Source: Candidatus Omnitrophota bacterium
GTDB lineage: Bacteria; Omnitrophota; Gorgyraeia; JAGLLT01
Reading direction: 5' to 3'
Length of the DNA stretch: 64,000 nt
NCBI GenBank assembly: GCA_030632085.1
Contig: DAOVJY010000001.1
Coordinates: 335,402 to 399,401, forward strand
The stretch's first letter is position 1, and each line of letters begins with the position of its first letter. A model generated the notes under the pieces. That model was not told the DNA's origin, ran no database searches, and saw nothing but the letters and a program-made list of their open reading frames with translations. Below, piece after piece: positions 51,001-61,035 of this stretch. The translations under genes were made by a program, and so were the position numbers.

Positions 51001-52432
51001 TGTGGCGGATATTGTCTTTGTCCGGCGGACTGGTCTTGGTATGCGTATTACCATCTTTATAGGAAGTATAGTTCCATGTATGGCCATTGACATCAGTAGC
51101 AGAAGTTAAATTTAGTTTATTGTCCCATGTTTTGTGAGAGGAATTGCCATAGGCGTCTATTGACTTAACGACTTTGTTATTCTTATAAAATTCTGTTGTA
51201 ATATAGCCACGCGGACTGGTTTTGATAATTTTGCCTTCGTCATCACAATATTCATAACTTACCTTATTATTGTTATTGTCATTGTATTTGGATTTAAGCC
51301 GCCCATCAGGATAATAGCTAAGGTAGGTATGATAACCCCTGGGGTTAGTGATAATAATGAGGTTATGCCTACTGCTATATTCAGCGGTATTATATTCATA
51401 AGTAGTCTCATGGCCGGCAGGATTGGTATATTTTATGAGATTGCCGATTGAGTCGTATTCGTAATTAAAAGTTCTTCCTGTAAAGTCAGTGATGGTTTTA
51501 ATCTTGCCATTAGAATAAGAAGTAAAGGTAATCACTCTGCCTGAGGTGTCAGTAATGGTAGTAAGAAATCTATTAGAATAACTTAGAATAAGCTGATTGC
51601 CGCTTAAATCCCGGATAGAGCTGAGGTTGCCGCTTTTGTTGAAATTATAACTGAGGTTATTGGGCCTCTTTAGAGTAAAGGTGCCATCCGGGTTTTTGAT
51701 TAACGTCATACGGCTGCCAAGAGGACTATTATATGATCCATCCGGGTTTTTGATAAAGAAGTTCCAGATATCTCTCTCATCCCATAACTGAACATTGCCG
51801 TCCTCCACCTCCGCGATGTGCATATTATAATTATGCGTCCAGTTGTATCCCATGGAGCCGTCGTGCTTCATATCGTTTAGATAATACCTTTCAAATTTCA
51901 AAGGTATGCCTATTGAGGGGATAGAGAAATCCGTCTCTAAGTGAGTGCCATAGTGAGCCGGAGGCGGCCCAAGGATTAAAGAGATGGTCAGGCGGGGGTC
52001 TTGTTTTGAACCATCCGCATTAGTCTGTCCTTTTGCGTCGGTTAAAGTAGCGGCGACTATATAATCATTGGCTACGCCTAAACCATGGGTGTCCCAGTGG
52101 CAGAAGTAATATGAGCCGCGCCCGATTTTAGTGATATTTATTAACCCTGAATCATAATTTTGAGATAAAGATGTGACCCTTATTACACCTGAGACTATAT
52201 CGCGGGCATTGTATTTTTCAGTAACGCTGAACTTGACATAAGAACCTATTGGGTATTCATTATCTTTATCAGCACCTACATAGGAACAGACATCCTTGAT
52301 TGCAGGCGGCTTATCTGTTGCGGCAGAAACGGCATTCACAAAAGAAAGCAGGGAAAATAAACAAAAAACCGCCAAGGTTAATATTAACTTAAACCCTAAC
52401 GGTCTATTATTCTTGTTCTTTACAGAAAGCAT
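48095..52432 (-). CDS. RHS/YD-repeat polymorphic toxin precursor with Sec signal peptide, DUF6531-like N-terminal region, RHS core (DPxGx motif) and an unrecognised C-terminal tip
   Basis: dozens of YD repeats (YEYD..GNL, YKYD..GR); [20 protein letters not shown]...GYNWTHNY (DUF6531-like); RHS core end [28 protein letters not shown]; 111-aa acidic/W-rich/Gly-zipper tail. Confidence 0.85.
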   Translation of the reverse strand: [1445 protein letters not shown]

Positions 52433-52806
52433 GATGTTTGCGCTCCCAACTTAACTCTTTTCTTATAACTCCATAATGCTGTTTTTGCCTCTCACTTGCT
52501 TTTTTTAGAGCTATCTGAGAAAATCTGCAATAAGACAGGAATCTCCTATTAATAGCTGAACTTTGCAAGATACTTTTATCATATAATAAAAACAGCAGCC
52601 TGTCAAAGGAAAAAGCCTTCTTATGCAACTAACATATCAAGATGTCCGCTTTTGGTTAAATGTAGTAATCTCTAAACGGTGCAGATGTACTAGCACAATA
52701 ATTCGGTAACCTTTTGTTTAATATTTGGTCCACCTCAATAACTGTACATTTTAAAACATCACAAGCAAGATAAACAACAATATTCAACCGCAATATGCTT
52801 TTAAGG

Positions 52807-53949
52807 TTAAATATTTTTATTTCTTTTTTCTGTATATATCCTTTTTACCCTGTCACCTATCCAACAGAGGAGTTCATAGGGTATTATCCCTGCCATCTGA
52901 GCCAATTGTTCGACAGTTATCTTTTTACCCTTATCTTCACCGATAAGAATAACCTCATCTCCAATAGCTAAATCAGCTATGGAGCTTACATCAACCATTA
53001 TCTGATCCATGCATATCTTGCCTAAAACGGGAACTTCCTCGCCTTTAATAAGCACCTTTACCTTATGAGTTAATAATTGCGTATAGCCATCAGCATAACC
53101 TACAGGCAGGGTAGCTACTTTCATATCCCTTTCGGCAATATAAGTCCTTCCATAACTTATTGACCTGCCGGCTTCGACATTTTTTATATAAACCACCTTT
53201 GTTTTTAAAGAGAGTATGGGCTTAACGTCAATATTCCTTTTAGATAATATATCAGGATATACGCCATAAAGAATAATCCCCGGCCTAACTAAATTAAAAT
53301 GGGCTTGTTTATAATGAAGTGTCGCTAAGCTGTTGGCCGCGTGATAAATATCTATTTTAATCTTGGTAGTTTCCACATCTTTAATAATTTGATTAAACCT
53401 ATCCAGCTGCTTCAAAGTAAAATCATGGTCTTTATCCACGCTGGAAAGATGAGTATATAGCCCTTTTATTTTAATATGCTCTAAATTATTTATCTTCTTA
53501 ACGGCCTCAAGGGCATCCTTATGCCAAAACCCGAGGCGCCCCATACCGGTATCAATTTTAACCTGAATAGCCGCTTTTTTCTTCATCGAACTGGCAATTT
53601 CATTTATTTTAAAAGCTGTTCTCTCATCAGTAACTGTTACTTCCAGTTCATATTCCAACGCTTTGGTAAGTCCTTCATCGAGGGTGTTACCCAGTATTAA
53701 AATAGGTGTTTTTATATTATTTTTTCTAATTCGTACGCCTTCTTCAACATAAGCCACACCTAAATAATCAACCTTACCTTCTAAAAAGTTGGATATCTCC
53801 ACAATTCCGTGGCCGTAGGCATTAGCCTTAACAGTGGCCAGGACTTTTACCTTAGGGCCGACAACCTGCCTGATCTGCCGGAGATTATGCTCCAGGGCAT
53901 TTAAATTTATATCCGCGTATGTATGGTAATAATTATCTTCTGTTTTCAT
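52807..53949 (-). CDS. alr: Alanine racemase
   Basis: VKANAYGHG PLP-lysine motif. Confidence 0.9.
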   Translation of the reverse strand: MKTEDNYYHTYADINLNALEHNLRQIRQVVGPKVKVLATVKANAYGHGIVEISNFLEGKVDYLGVAYVEEGVRIRKNNIKTPILILGNTLDEGLTKALEYELEVTVTDERTAFKINEIASSMKKKAAIQVKIDTGMGRLGFWHKDALEAVKKINNLEHIKIKGLYTHLSSVDKDHDFTLKQLDRFNQIIKDVETTKIKIDIYHAANSLATLHYKQAHFNLVRPGIILYGVYPDILSKRNIDVKPILSLKTKVVYIKNVEAGRSISYGRTYIAERDMKVATLPVGYADGYTQLLTHKVKVLIKGEEVPVLGKICMDQIMVDVSSIADLAIGDEVILIGEDKGKKITVEQLAQMAGIIPYELLCWIGDRVKRIYTEKRNKNI

Positions 53950-54665
53950 ATTTTTTTAGGCTTGGTGATATTCGCGTATTGAGAGTGCAAATACAAAGGT
54001 TCAATTTCAGAATTTTTAACTTTCATTTTCTTATTCAATTTGCAGTTTTCAAAAGTCAGGCGGGCTATATTTGCCGCTTTAGGCAACCACTTTTTTTCAT
54101 CGGCAAAAACAGCCGTCTTAAACGCTTTTTTTAATTCTTCTTTATAAGAATTTATCCCGTCCTTTGTAAAAATAACATCTTTCTTATATTTTTTTGAAAG
54201 CTTAAGGATATATTTACAAAAATCTTCTAAGGGAAGTAATTGATAGTCGCTTATGCGCTCTAACTTACCTATATCATTATTTAGATAAACACAACCATAA
54301 ACCATCTGTTTACGAGCATCCTCAATGACAACTATTAACCTTTCCGGATCTTTAATGTTTAAAGCCACCGCGTCAAATGAGCAAATGCCCATGAGCCTTC
54401 TTCCGCTTTTAAACACCAAACCTTTAGCTGCCGCCAAACCTATTCTTAAACCCGTAAAAGAACCTGGCCCCCTGCCGACAGAAATGATATCAATATCATT
54501 AATTGTCAAATTACATTTTTCCAGCAAACTCTTAATTTCCCTTAAAAGCAAGCGGTTATGCTCAAACTTTTTAAGTTGCCTGTTTTTTTCTTTAAGTATC
54601 TTATCGTTCTCACTAAGAGCCAGACTAAGAAACTTACTTGAGGTATCAATAGCTAATATTTTCAT
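53946..54665 (-). CDS. tsaB: tRNA t6A biosynthesis protein TsaB (YeaZ)
   Basis: MKILAIDTSS. Confidence 0.8.
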   Translation of the reverse strand: MKILAIDTSSKFLSLALSENDKILKEKNRQLKKFEHNRLLLREIKSLLEKCNLTINDIDIISVGRGPGSFTGLRIGLAAAKGLVFKSGRRLMGICSFDAVALNIKDPERLIVVIEDARKQMVYGCVYLNNDIGKLERISDYQLLPLEDFCKYILKLSKKYKKDVIFTKDGINSYKEELKKAFKTAVFADEKKWLPKAANIARLTFENCKLNKKMKVKNSEIEPLYLHSQYANITKPKKI

Positions 54666-55120
54666 TCTTTAAGTTTCCTGATAATATTATTATACCTGTC
54701 TGATTTACTTTTAAAAATTATTTTTCTTTTATGCTCTGATAAAAAGTTAATATCTATTTCCAGATATTCCGGAGGCAAAAGTTCCTTTATCTTATCTGCC
54801 CACTCTATACAACAAACCCCGTCGCCATAAAAATATTCTTCATAACCCAAAAGCTCCACTTGTTCTAAATAATCCAGGCGGTAAAGATCAAGGTGATATA
54901 AAGGCAGCTTACCTTTATATTGCCTGATAAGCATAAACGAAGGGCTAATCACCCGCTTTTCTTTAATATTCAGTCCCCTGGCTAAACCCTTTACAAAAGT
55001 GGTCTTGCCCGAACCTAAATCCCCACAAAGAGCCAAAACATCCCGGGCATTTAAATACTTGGCCAATTTAGCGGCAATGTTTTTTGTTTGATTTTCATCT
55101 TTGGAATTTATAGTTATCAT
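54662..55120 (-). CDS. tsaE: tRNA t6A biosynthesis ATPase TsaE (YjeE)
   Basis: GDLGSGKTTFVKGLARGL. Confidence 0.85.
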   Translation of the reverse strand: MITINSKDENQTKNIAAKLAKYLNARDVLALCGDLGSGKTTFVKGLARGLNIKEKRVISPSFMLIRQYKGKLPLYHLDLYRLDYLEQVELLGYEEYFYGDGVCCIEWADKIKELLPPEYLEIDINFLSEHKRKIIFKSKSDRYNNIIRKLKE

Positions 55121-56034
55121 TTAAAATGCCTGTATTTACTTTTAGGTTTAATTTTATTTTTTTTACCACACCTATCTTGATAATAAAAACCTTCTTTTTT
55201 ATCAACTATAACCCCTATTTCACTTACTTTTAATTTGAAAGATTTCGGCCAACTTTTTATTAGCTTATCAGCTTTTTTCTTTTCAATGGTAAATAAGAGT
55301 TCGAAGTCTTCTCCATCATACAAAGCATTCTTAATAGAAGAGCTTTCTTTAGCTATAGGAATATTTTCTTTATAAAGCCGCGCGCCGACGTTACTTTGGC
55401 CAATTATATGCCCCAAATCCCGCGCGAGTCCATCTGACAAATCAATCATAGAAGTAGGCTTAAATTTTTCAACTAAGTATCTGGCCTCTTTCAGGCGGGG
55501 CGTGAAGCTAAGGTGTTTTCCTTTTATGGAACCGCCAAGTTTTCCGGTTACAAATATCAATTCACCCTTTTTAGCCGTATCACGATAAGTAATTTCCGCT
55601 TTTTTAGCCAAACCTATTAAGGCAATATTAATAATCAGTTTTTTTGAGCTTGAAACATCACCCCCGGCAATTAAAACTCTGAATTTCCGCGCGGTTTTTT
55701 TTATTCCACTATAAAGTGTTTTAATATTTTTTAAGTTGTAATTCTTAGGTAAACCCAAAGAAACTGTCGCGTATTTTGGTACTCCTCCCATGGCGGCGAT
55801 GTCGCTTACATTACGAGCCAGGGCCTTATGCCCGACCGCTCCCCAGGAAGCCGTCTTTAAATCAAAATGAACCCCCTCAATAAGCATATCCGAAGTAAAC
55901 AACAGCAAATGTTTCTCAGGAAATTTAATTACAGCCGCGTCGTCTCCTATATGCTTAAGAAAACTCTCATCTGTCTCTAAGTTAAAAGTAAGCTGTTTAA
56001 TTAACTCAATTTCGTCTATATTTTTTAAGCGCAT
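55117..56034 (-). CDS. thiL: Thiamine-monophosphate kinase
   Basis: GDDAAV, AIR synthase-related fold motifs. Confidence 0.8.
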   Translation of the reverse strand: MRLKNIDEIELIKQLTFNLETDESFLKHIGDDAAVIKFPEKHLLLFTSDMLIEGVHFDLKTASWGAVGHKALARNVSDIAAMGGVPKYATVSLGLPKNYNLKNIKTLYSGIKKTARKFRVLIAGGDVSSSKKLIINIALIGLAKKAEITYRDTAKKGELIFVTGKLGGSIKGKHLSFTPRLKEARYLVEKFKPTSMIDLSDGLARDLGHIIGQSNVGARLYKENIPIAKESSSIKNALYDGEDFELLFTIEKKKADKLIKSWPKSFKLKVSEIGVIVDKKEGFYYQDRCGKKNKIKPKSKYRHFK

Positions 56035-56054
56035 AATTTTATTAAACCGGGGAT

Positions 56055-57143
56055 TTAATTACTTAGCCCTTTTACAATAAACAAAAACAGGGTTATTGAG
56101 CTATTATGAATAATGTGTATGGTAATGCTGGATAACAAACTGCCGCTTTTTTCATATATATAAGCTAACAAAATTCCTAAAAAGAAAATTGGCAAAAAGC
56201 CTACAAAAGTCATATGCAATAAAGAAAAAAGCGCGGAACTTACAAGAATGCTTAAAAATGTACCTATCTTTTTTCTTAAAGCCGGATACAAAAAACCCCT
56301 AAAAAATAACTCTTCGATAATGGGGCCAACGAGGCAAATACAAAGCACAAAATAAAAAAGAAGCCAGGGCCTGCCTTCAATTGAAAAAACATTCAAAAGA
56401 GGATTTTCTTCCGGAGCTATCTTAAAAAAATCCGATAAACCCAAAGATATCAAAAGGGCTATAAAAAGGAAAGGTAAATAGCTAATATATGAAGCCAATC
56501 CCAATAAAGCGCTCCGAATAAAGCTTTTTATATTTATACCAAGTGACTTAAAGAAAGATTGTTTGTATTTAAAGGTGATAAAATAAATCAAAAGCAAAGC
56601 TATAATAGAATAGGATAAAGTAAATCCCAAAGCCATACCTTCAAAACTATCTAAAATAATAATGGTATCTTGTGACCTTAAGAAAAAACGAATTAATAAA
56701 CAAAATGAGCCGCTCGCGAAAAATAAACGGATGATGGCCAAGAAAGAAAAATAAAGGATTACAGCTCTTACGACATCAGCCAGGCTCCAGAGCTTCTCCT
56801 TTGAATCACCCAGACGCGGGACAATATCTCTTTTCCTCGATCGAAAGACAAAATAAATAACGTCTAAAACAATACCACCGACAAAACCCAGAACTATTAA
56901 AAAGGTAATTCCAAAAAGCCCCCAGGCATAGATATTACCCTCGAGAATTAAATCTTTCACCGCTTCTTCACTGGGAAATTCATCCTTCCATTCAACTACC
57001 TGTCCGCCCTCAAAAATAATACCGGGCGAATTCGTAAGCCAAGCTGAATTAATTAAATAATTAAAAGCTATAAGAAGGATTATCAGGATAAGATATAATT
57101 TATTATGTCTAAAAAAAGATATACGAGTGTCTTTAGTATGCAT
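56055..57143 (-). CDS. CPBP (CAAX) family intramembrane metalloprotease
   Basis: EELFFRGFLY and HxxxN/H motifs. Confidence 0.75.
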   Translation of the reverse strand: MHTKDTRISFFRHNKLYLILIILLIAFNYLINSAWLTNSPGIIFEGGQVVEWKDEFPSEEAVKDLILEGNIYAWGLFGITFLIVLGFVGGIVLDVIYFVFRSRKRDIVPRLGDSKEKLWSLADVVRAVILYFSFLAIIRLFFASGSFCLLIRFFLRSQDTIIILDSFEGMALGFTLSYSIIALLLIYFITFKYKQSFFKSLGINIKSFIRSALLGLASYISYLPFLFIALLISLGLSDFFKIAPEENPLLNVFSIEGRPWLLFYFVLCICLVGPIIEELFFRGFLYPALRKKIGTFLSILVSSALFSLLHMTFVGFLPIFFLGILLAYIYEKSGSLLSSITIHIIHNSSITLFLFIVKGLSN

Positions 57144-58684
57144 TATTCTTTCTTTATTCTGGGAAATAAAGGGTCTGCTTTGGATATATTTTTGTCAACT
57201 TCCAACTTGCCCCACTTAAATAATTCATCAAATCCATCATCGCTTAAATGGTCTTTGAGGCCTAATTGACTTAACATCTCATCAGCTGTTTTAGGAATAA
57301 AACTGGATACAGCAACGGAAACTATTCTTAATACTTCTAAAAGGTTATAGATAACGGTTTTCAGGCTTTGCTCATCTGTCTTTTTCAACTGCCAGGGTTT
57401 TGAGTCTTCAATATACTTATTGGCTTTATTAATCAAGCCCCAAATTAAATCTAAGGCCCCATTCAGATCCAACAAACTCATAGCTTGAGTTAATTTATCA
57501 GCCAAGCCACTGGCTTCAACTACTAAGGCATCATTTTTATAGGTATTGTCTTCAGGCTCGGGAATTACCCCATCAAAATACTTTTCAACCATAGTTAAGC
57601 TTCTATTTAATAAATTACCTAAATCGTTTGCCAAATCGCTATTATAACGCTGAATAAATGAATCTTGGGAAAAATCTCCGTCCTGGCCGAAAACTATGCC
57701 TTTCAAAAGAAAAAGTCTTATAGGGTCAGCTTTGAATTCTTTTGTAAGTGGTATAGGATCAACTATATTTCCCAGGCTTTTACTGATTTTCTTGCCTTCG
57801 GCTGTCAGGTAACCGTGGACATAAACTTTTTTCGGTAATTCAATTTCAATAGATAAAAGCATCGCCGGCCAGATAACGGAATGAAACCAATTAATACCCT
57901 TTCCAACAAGATGCAGGTCAGCCGGCCAGTAAGTTTTGAATTTATCACCCTTTGGATAATCCAGGGCTGAAATATAATTAATCAGGGCATCAACCCACAC
58001 ATATATTTTATGTTCTTTATCAAAAGGCATGGATATGCCCCAATCAATATCTTTTCTACTAACGCTTAAATCATTCAGCCCCTCTTTGACCCTGTTAATC
58101 ATCTCGTTTCTTCTGGTCTCGGGTGCCACCAGGTTAGTTTCTAAAAGCGCGAGTATTTTATCTTGATATTTGCTTAATTTAAAAAAGTAACTTTCCTCAC
58201 AGATAACTTCCGGCTTGGCGTTATGTTCAGGGCATTTACCATCTACAAGTTCCTTTTCGGTAATAAAAGCTTCGCACCCCTGGCAATAGAGGCCTTCATA
58301 CTGCCCTTTGTAGATATCGCCTTTATCAAACATTTTCTGAAGAATGAGTTGAGAAATCTTAGCATGTCTTTCTTCGGTTGTTCTAATAAAATAATCATAA
58401 GAAATATTCAGAGTTTCACACAGCTCAATAAACTTCTGAGAATTTTGCTTCACAAAAGCCGCCACATCCACACTTGCTTCCTTGGCGGCAGCAACATTCT
58501 TCTGGGCATTTTCATCAGTACCGGTTAAGAAAAAAACATCCTCGCCCTTTAGCCTGTGCCAACGGGCAATAACATCCGCGCAGACCTTCTCATAAGCATG
58601 TCCTATATGAGGAGCCGCGTTAGCATAATCAATTGCGGTAGTTATATAATATTTATTGTTCTTTTTGTTGCTCTTTTTGATCAT
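57143..58684 (-). CDS. metG: Methionyl-tRNA synthetase (short form)
   Basis: AAPHIGHAYE, zinc knuckle CQGCEAF...CPEH, KISKS. Confidence 0.9.
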   Translation of the reverse strand: MIKKSNKKNNKYYITTAIDYANAAPHIGHAYEKVCADVIARWHRLKGEDVFFLTGTDENAQKNVAAAKEASVDVAAFVKQNSQKFIELCETLNISYDYFIRTTEERHAKISQLILQKMFDKGDIYKGQYEGLYCQGCEAFITEKELVDGKCPEHNAKPEVICEESYFFKLSKYQDKILALLETNLVAPETRRNEMINRVKEGLNDLSVSRKDIDWGISMPFDKEHKIYVWVDALINYISALDYPKGDKFKTYWPADLHLVGKGINWFHSVIWPAMLLSIEIELPKKVYVHGYLTAEGKKISKSLGNIVDPIPLTKEFKADPIRLFLLKGIVFGQDGDFSQDSFIQRYNSDLANDLGNLLNRSLTMVEKYFDGVIPEPEDNTYKNDALVVEASGLADKLTQAMSLLDLNGALDLIWGLINKANKYIEDSKPWQLKKTDEQSLKTVIYNLLEVLRIVSVAVSSFIPKTADEMLSQLGLKDHLSDDGFDELFKWGKLEVDKNISKADPLFPRIKKE

Positions 58685-59462
58685 CGTATTTTACCTGGAT
58701 AATTTTATTATCTTCAAGCTCAACTGAAACTAATCTGTTTAGTACGTCAAGATTGACAACCGTGCCCTTACCCGAAGGAGTTTTAATAATCTGACCCTCC
58801 TTGGGTAACTCTTTTAACGCTTTCTTATACATTTTATATTCGAAACTCAGGCAGCACATCAGCCTACCACACAAACCGGATATCTTTGAAGAAGCTAGCG
58901 GCAGCCTTTGGTCTTTGGCCATCCTGATGGTTACCGGCTCAAAGTTCTTTAAAAAACCGGCGCAGCACAAGGGCCTCCCGCAAGGGCCAAGCCCACCTAA
59001 AAATTTAGCTTCATCTCTAACCCCTATCTGCTTAAGTTCAATGCGTGCCTTAAAAACCGCGGCTAAATCCTTAACTAAATTTCTAAAATCTACCCTACCT
59101 TCGGCTGTAAAATAGAATATTATTTTTGAGCGGTCAAACGAATACTCAACATCAATGAGTTTCATGGGAAGTTTATGTTCTTCGATTTTCTTTACAGCCG
59201 TCTTAAGAGCCCCCTTGGCCTTTTTTTCATTTTCTTTTATCTGGCGAATATCATGAGCCGTAGCCAATCTTATTATATTTCTTAAGACATCCTCAGCTTC
59301 AACATCCATTGTCTTTTCAATTTCTGAAATCACCTGCCCGTATTCCAAACCTCTGTCAGCTTCAACAATAACATAATCTCCGATGTTAAGTTTTAACTGG
59401 CCAAGATCATAATAGGCAACTTTACCAGCCTCCCTTATTTTTACCTGAACAACTTCATGCAT
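58653..59462 (-). CDS. PSP1 domain protein (RicT/YaaT-like)
   Basis: PSP1 C-terminal domain with Cys cluster CGRPLCCAGF...CGRLMCC. Confidence 0.75.
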   Translation of the reverse strand: MHEVVQVKIREAGKVAYYDLGQLKLNIGDYVIVEADRGLEYGQVISEIEKTMDVEAEDVLRNIIRLATAHDIRQIKENEKKAKGALKTAVKKIEEHKLPMKLIDVEYSFDRSKIIFYFTAEGRVDFRNLVKDLAAVFKARIELKQIGVRDEAKFLGGLGPCGRPLCCAGFLKNFEPVTIRMAKDQRLPLASSKISGLCGRLMCCLSFEYKMYKKALKELPKEGQIIKTPSGKGTVVNLDVLNRLVSVELEDNKIIQVKYDDQKEQQKEQ

Positions 59463-59472
59463 CTATATAACC

Positions 59473-60339
59473 TCAACTTTCCATCATCTCTTTAAAGGAT
59501 TGGGCTGTGTCGAGCTGGCACAATCTTAAATTAACGTTAGCCATAGAATAACGGTACATCTTATCGATAGTTTCTATAGCCACAGTGATTTTTTTAGCAT
59601 TTAGCTTGCTGATATATTCTAAAAATCCTTGATTCATATCTGTCAAAAATAGGCTCTTATCATCTATATTATTTTTTAAATAAGCCGCATCTCTAAAAAA
59701 ACAATAAAGTATTTTTAATGTTTCACGATAAGCATTTTTATCTTCAAAATTAAAGTAATCGAGGTAATTGTTATCTTTAACTTTAATGAATCCTTCAATA
59801 ACCCCGCTACCCTCTTTTATTGCCAAATTACCTTTTTCCGCGAGTCTCCGGTCGTTTAACCTGATAATCTTGCACCTGGATATAATTGTATCTAAAAGTC
59901 CAACGGCCTCATTACATAAAAGAAATATAATTGTATCTAAAGGAGGCTCTTCCAAAGTTTTTAAGAAAGCGTTCTGAGCCGCCTCATTCATCCTGTAGGC
60001 CTCATTAATTATAATCACTTTTTTTTTGGCCTCATAAGGTTTTAAGTTAACCTTAGAAGAAATATTCCTAATAGAATCAATTTTAATGGCCACCGTTTTA
60101 TTTTCCGCTTCAAGCCAAACAACATCCGGATGTGATAATTTTTTTACACGCTCAATGCTATCAGACTTGAGATTTGAATCATCTATTAACTCAGCGGCAA
60201 TTTCTAAAACCGTTTCTCTAGCATAATCCTCACTAGGACACAAAACTAAATACGCGGCTGATAATCTGTCGCGCTTATTTAAAAACCCAAAAAATTCCCC
60301 GGCCTTTTTTCTATCAAACAATTCACTGGAGGATTTCAT
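59473..60339 (-). CDS. holB: DNA polymerase III delta-prime subunit
   Basis: AAA+ clamp-loader-like; conserved tmk-holB arrangement. Confidence 0.7.
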   Translation of the reverse strand: MKSSSELFDRKKAGEFFGFLNKRDRLSAAYLVLCPSEDYARETVLEIAAELIDDSNLKSDSIERVKKLSHPDVVWLEAENKTVAIKIDSIRNISSKVNLKPYEAKKKVIIINEAYRMNEAAQNAFLKTLEEPPLDTIIFLLCNEAVGLLDTIISRCKIIRLNDRRLAEKGNLAIKEGSGVIEGFIKVKDNNYLDYFNFEDKNAYRETLKILYCFFRDAAYLKNNIDDKSLFLTDMNQGFLEYISKLNAKKITVAIETIDKMYRYSMANVNLRLCQLDTAQSFKEMMES

Positions 60340-60988
60340 TTACCTTCTCTCTAATCCTAAGCTGGACTTCATCCATCTCACCGACAGAAGATATCACTTT
60401 TATTCTCTCTGGGTATTTTTTAGCTAGCCTTAGATATCCTTGCCTGACTTTATCATGGAATTCAGCACCTTTTTTTTCAATGCGATCAGCCGGACGCAAA
60501 GAAGCCGCTCTTTTAAGCCCCAACCTAACATCAACATCAAGCAGGATGGTTAGGTCGGGGCCTACATTCATTTCATTTATAAAATTATTAAATCCCGTCA
60601 TAATGAACTCGGGGCATTTACCGGCATAGACCTGATAGGCCATAGTAGCATCGTTAAATCTATCGCAGATAACAATTTTATTATCTTCTAAGAAAGGGGT
60701 AATCTTTTCCTGAATGAGTTGAAAGCGGGCCGCCAGATAGAGATAGAGCTCACAAACATTAGCCATATCACCCAAAGCTGTATCTAAAAGAATCTGTCTG
60801 ATTTTTTCACCTATTTGAGTGCTGCCGGGTTCTCTTAGAACCTCAGCCTTTAGGCCTTTTTCTTTTAGATATTCAACCAAAAGCTTTATATGAGTACTTT
60901 TACCACTGCCTTCAGGGCCTTCAAAAGTTATAAATTTTCCTCGCTTATCTTGCATATCTATTAATTCTATCAAAGACTTAGGTTGCAT
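60323..60988 (-). CDS. tmk: Thymidylate kinase
   Basis: ITFEGPEGSGKST P-loop. Confidence 0.9.
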   Translation of the reverse strand: MQPKSLIELIDMQDKRGKFITFEGPEGSGKSTHIKLLVEYLKEKGLKAEVLREPGSTQIGEKIRQILLDTALGDMANVCELYLYLAARFQLIQEKITPFLEDNKIVICDRFNDATMAYQVYAGKCPEFIMTGFNNFINEMNVGPDLTILLDVDVRLGLKRAASLRPADRIEKKGAEFHDKVRQGYLRLAKKYPERIKVISSVGEMDEVQLRIREKVNEILQ

Positions 60989-61035
60989 TCAAGTAAAATA
61001 TAGGGATAAAGCAGTAAGTGGCCGGTAGAGCCTGT

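Noticed and set aside
52407-52628. 73-aa ORF overlapping the RHS start
   Set aside because: It overlaps the RHS signal-peptide codons and has no RBS or recognisable features. More likely the region is the RHS promoter/5' UTR.
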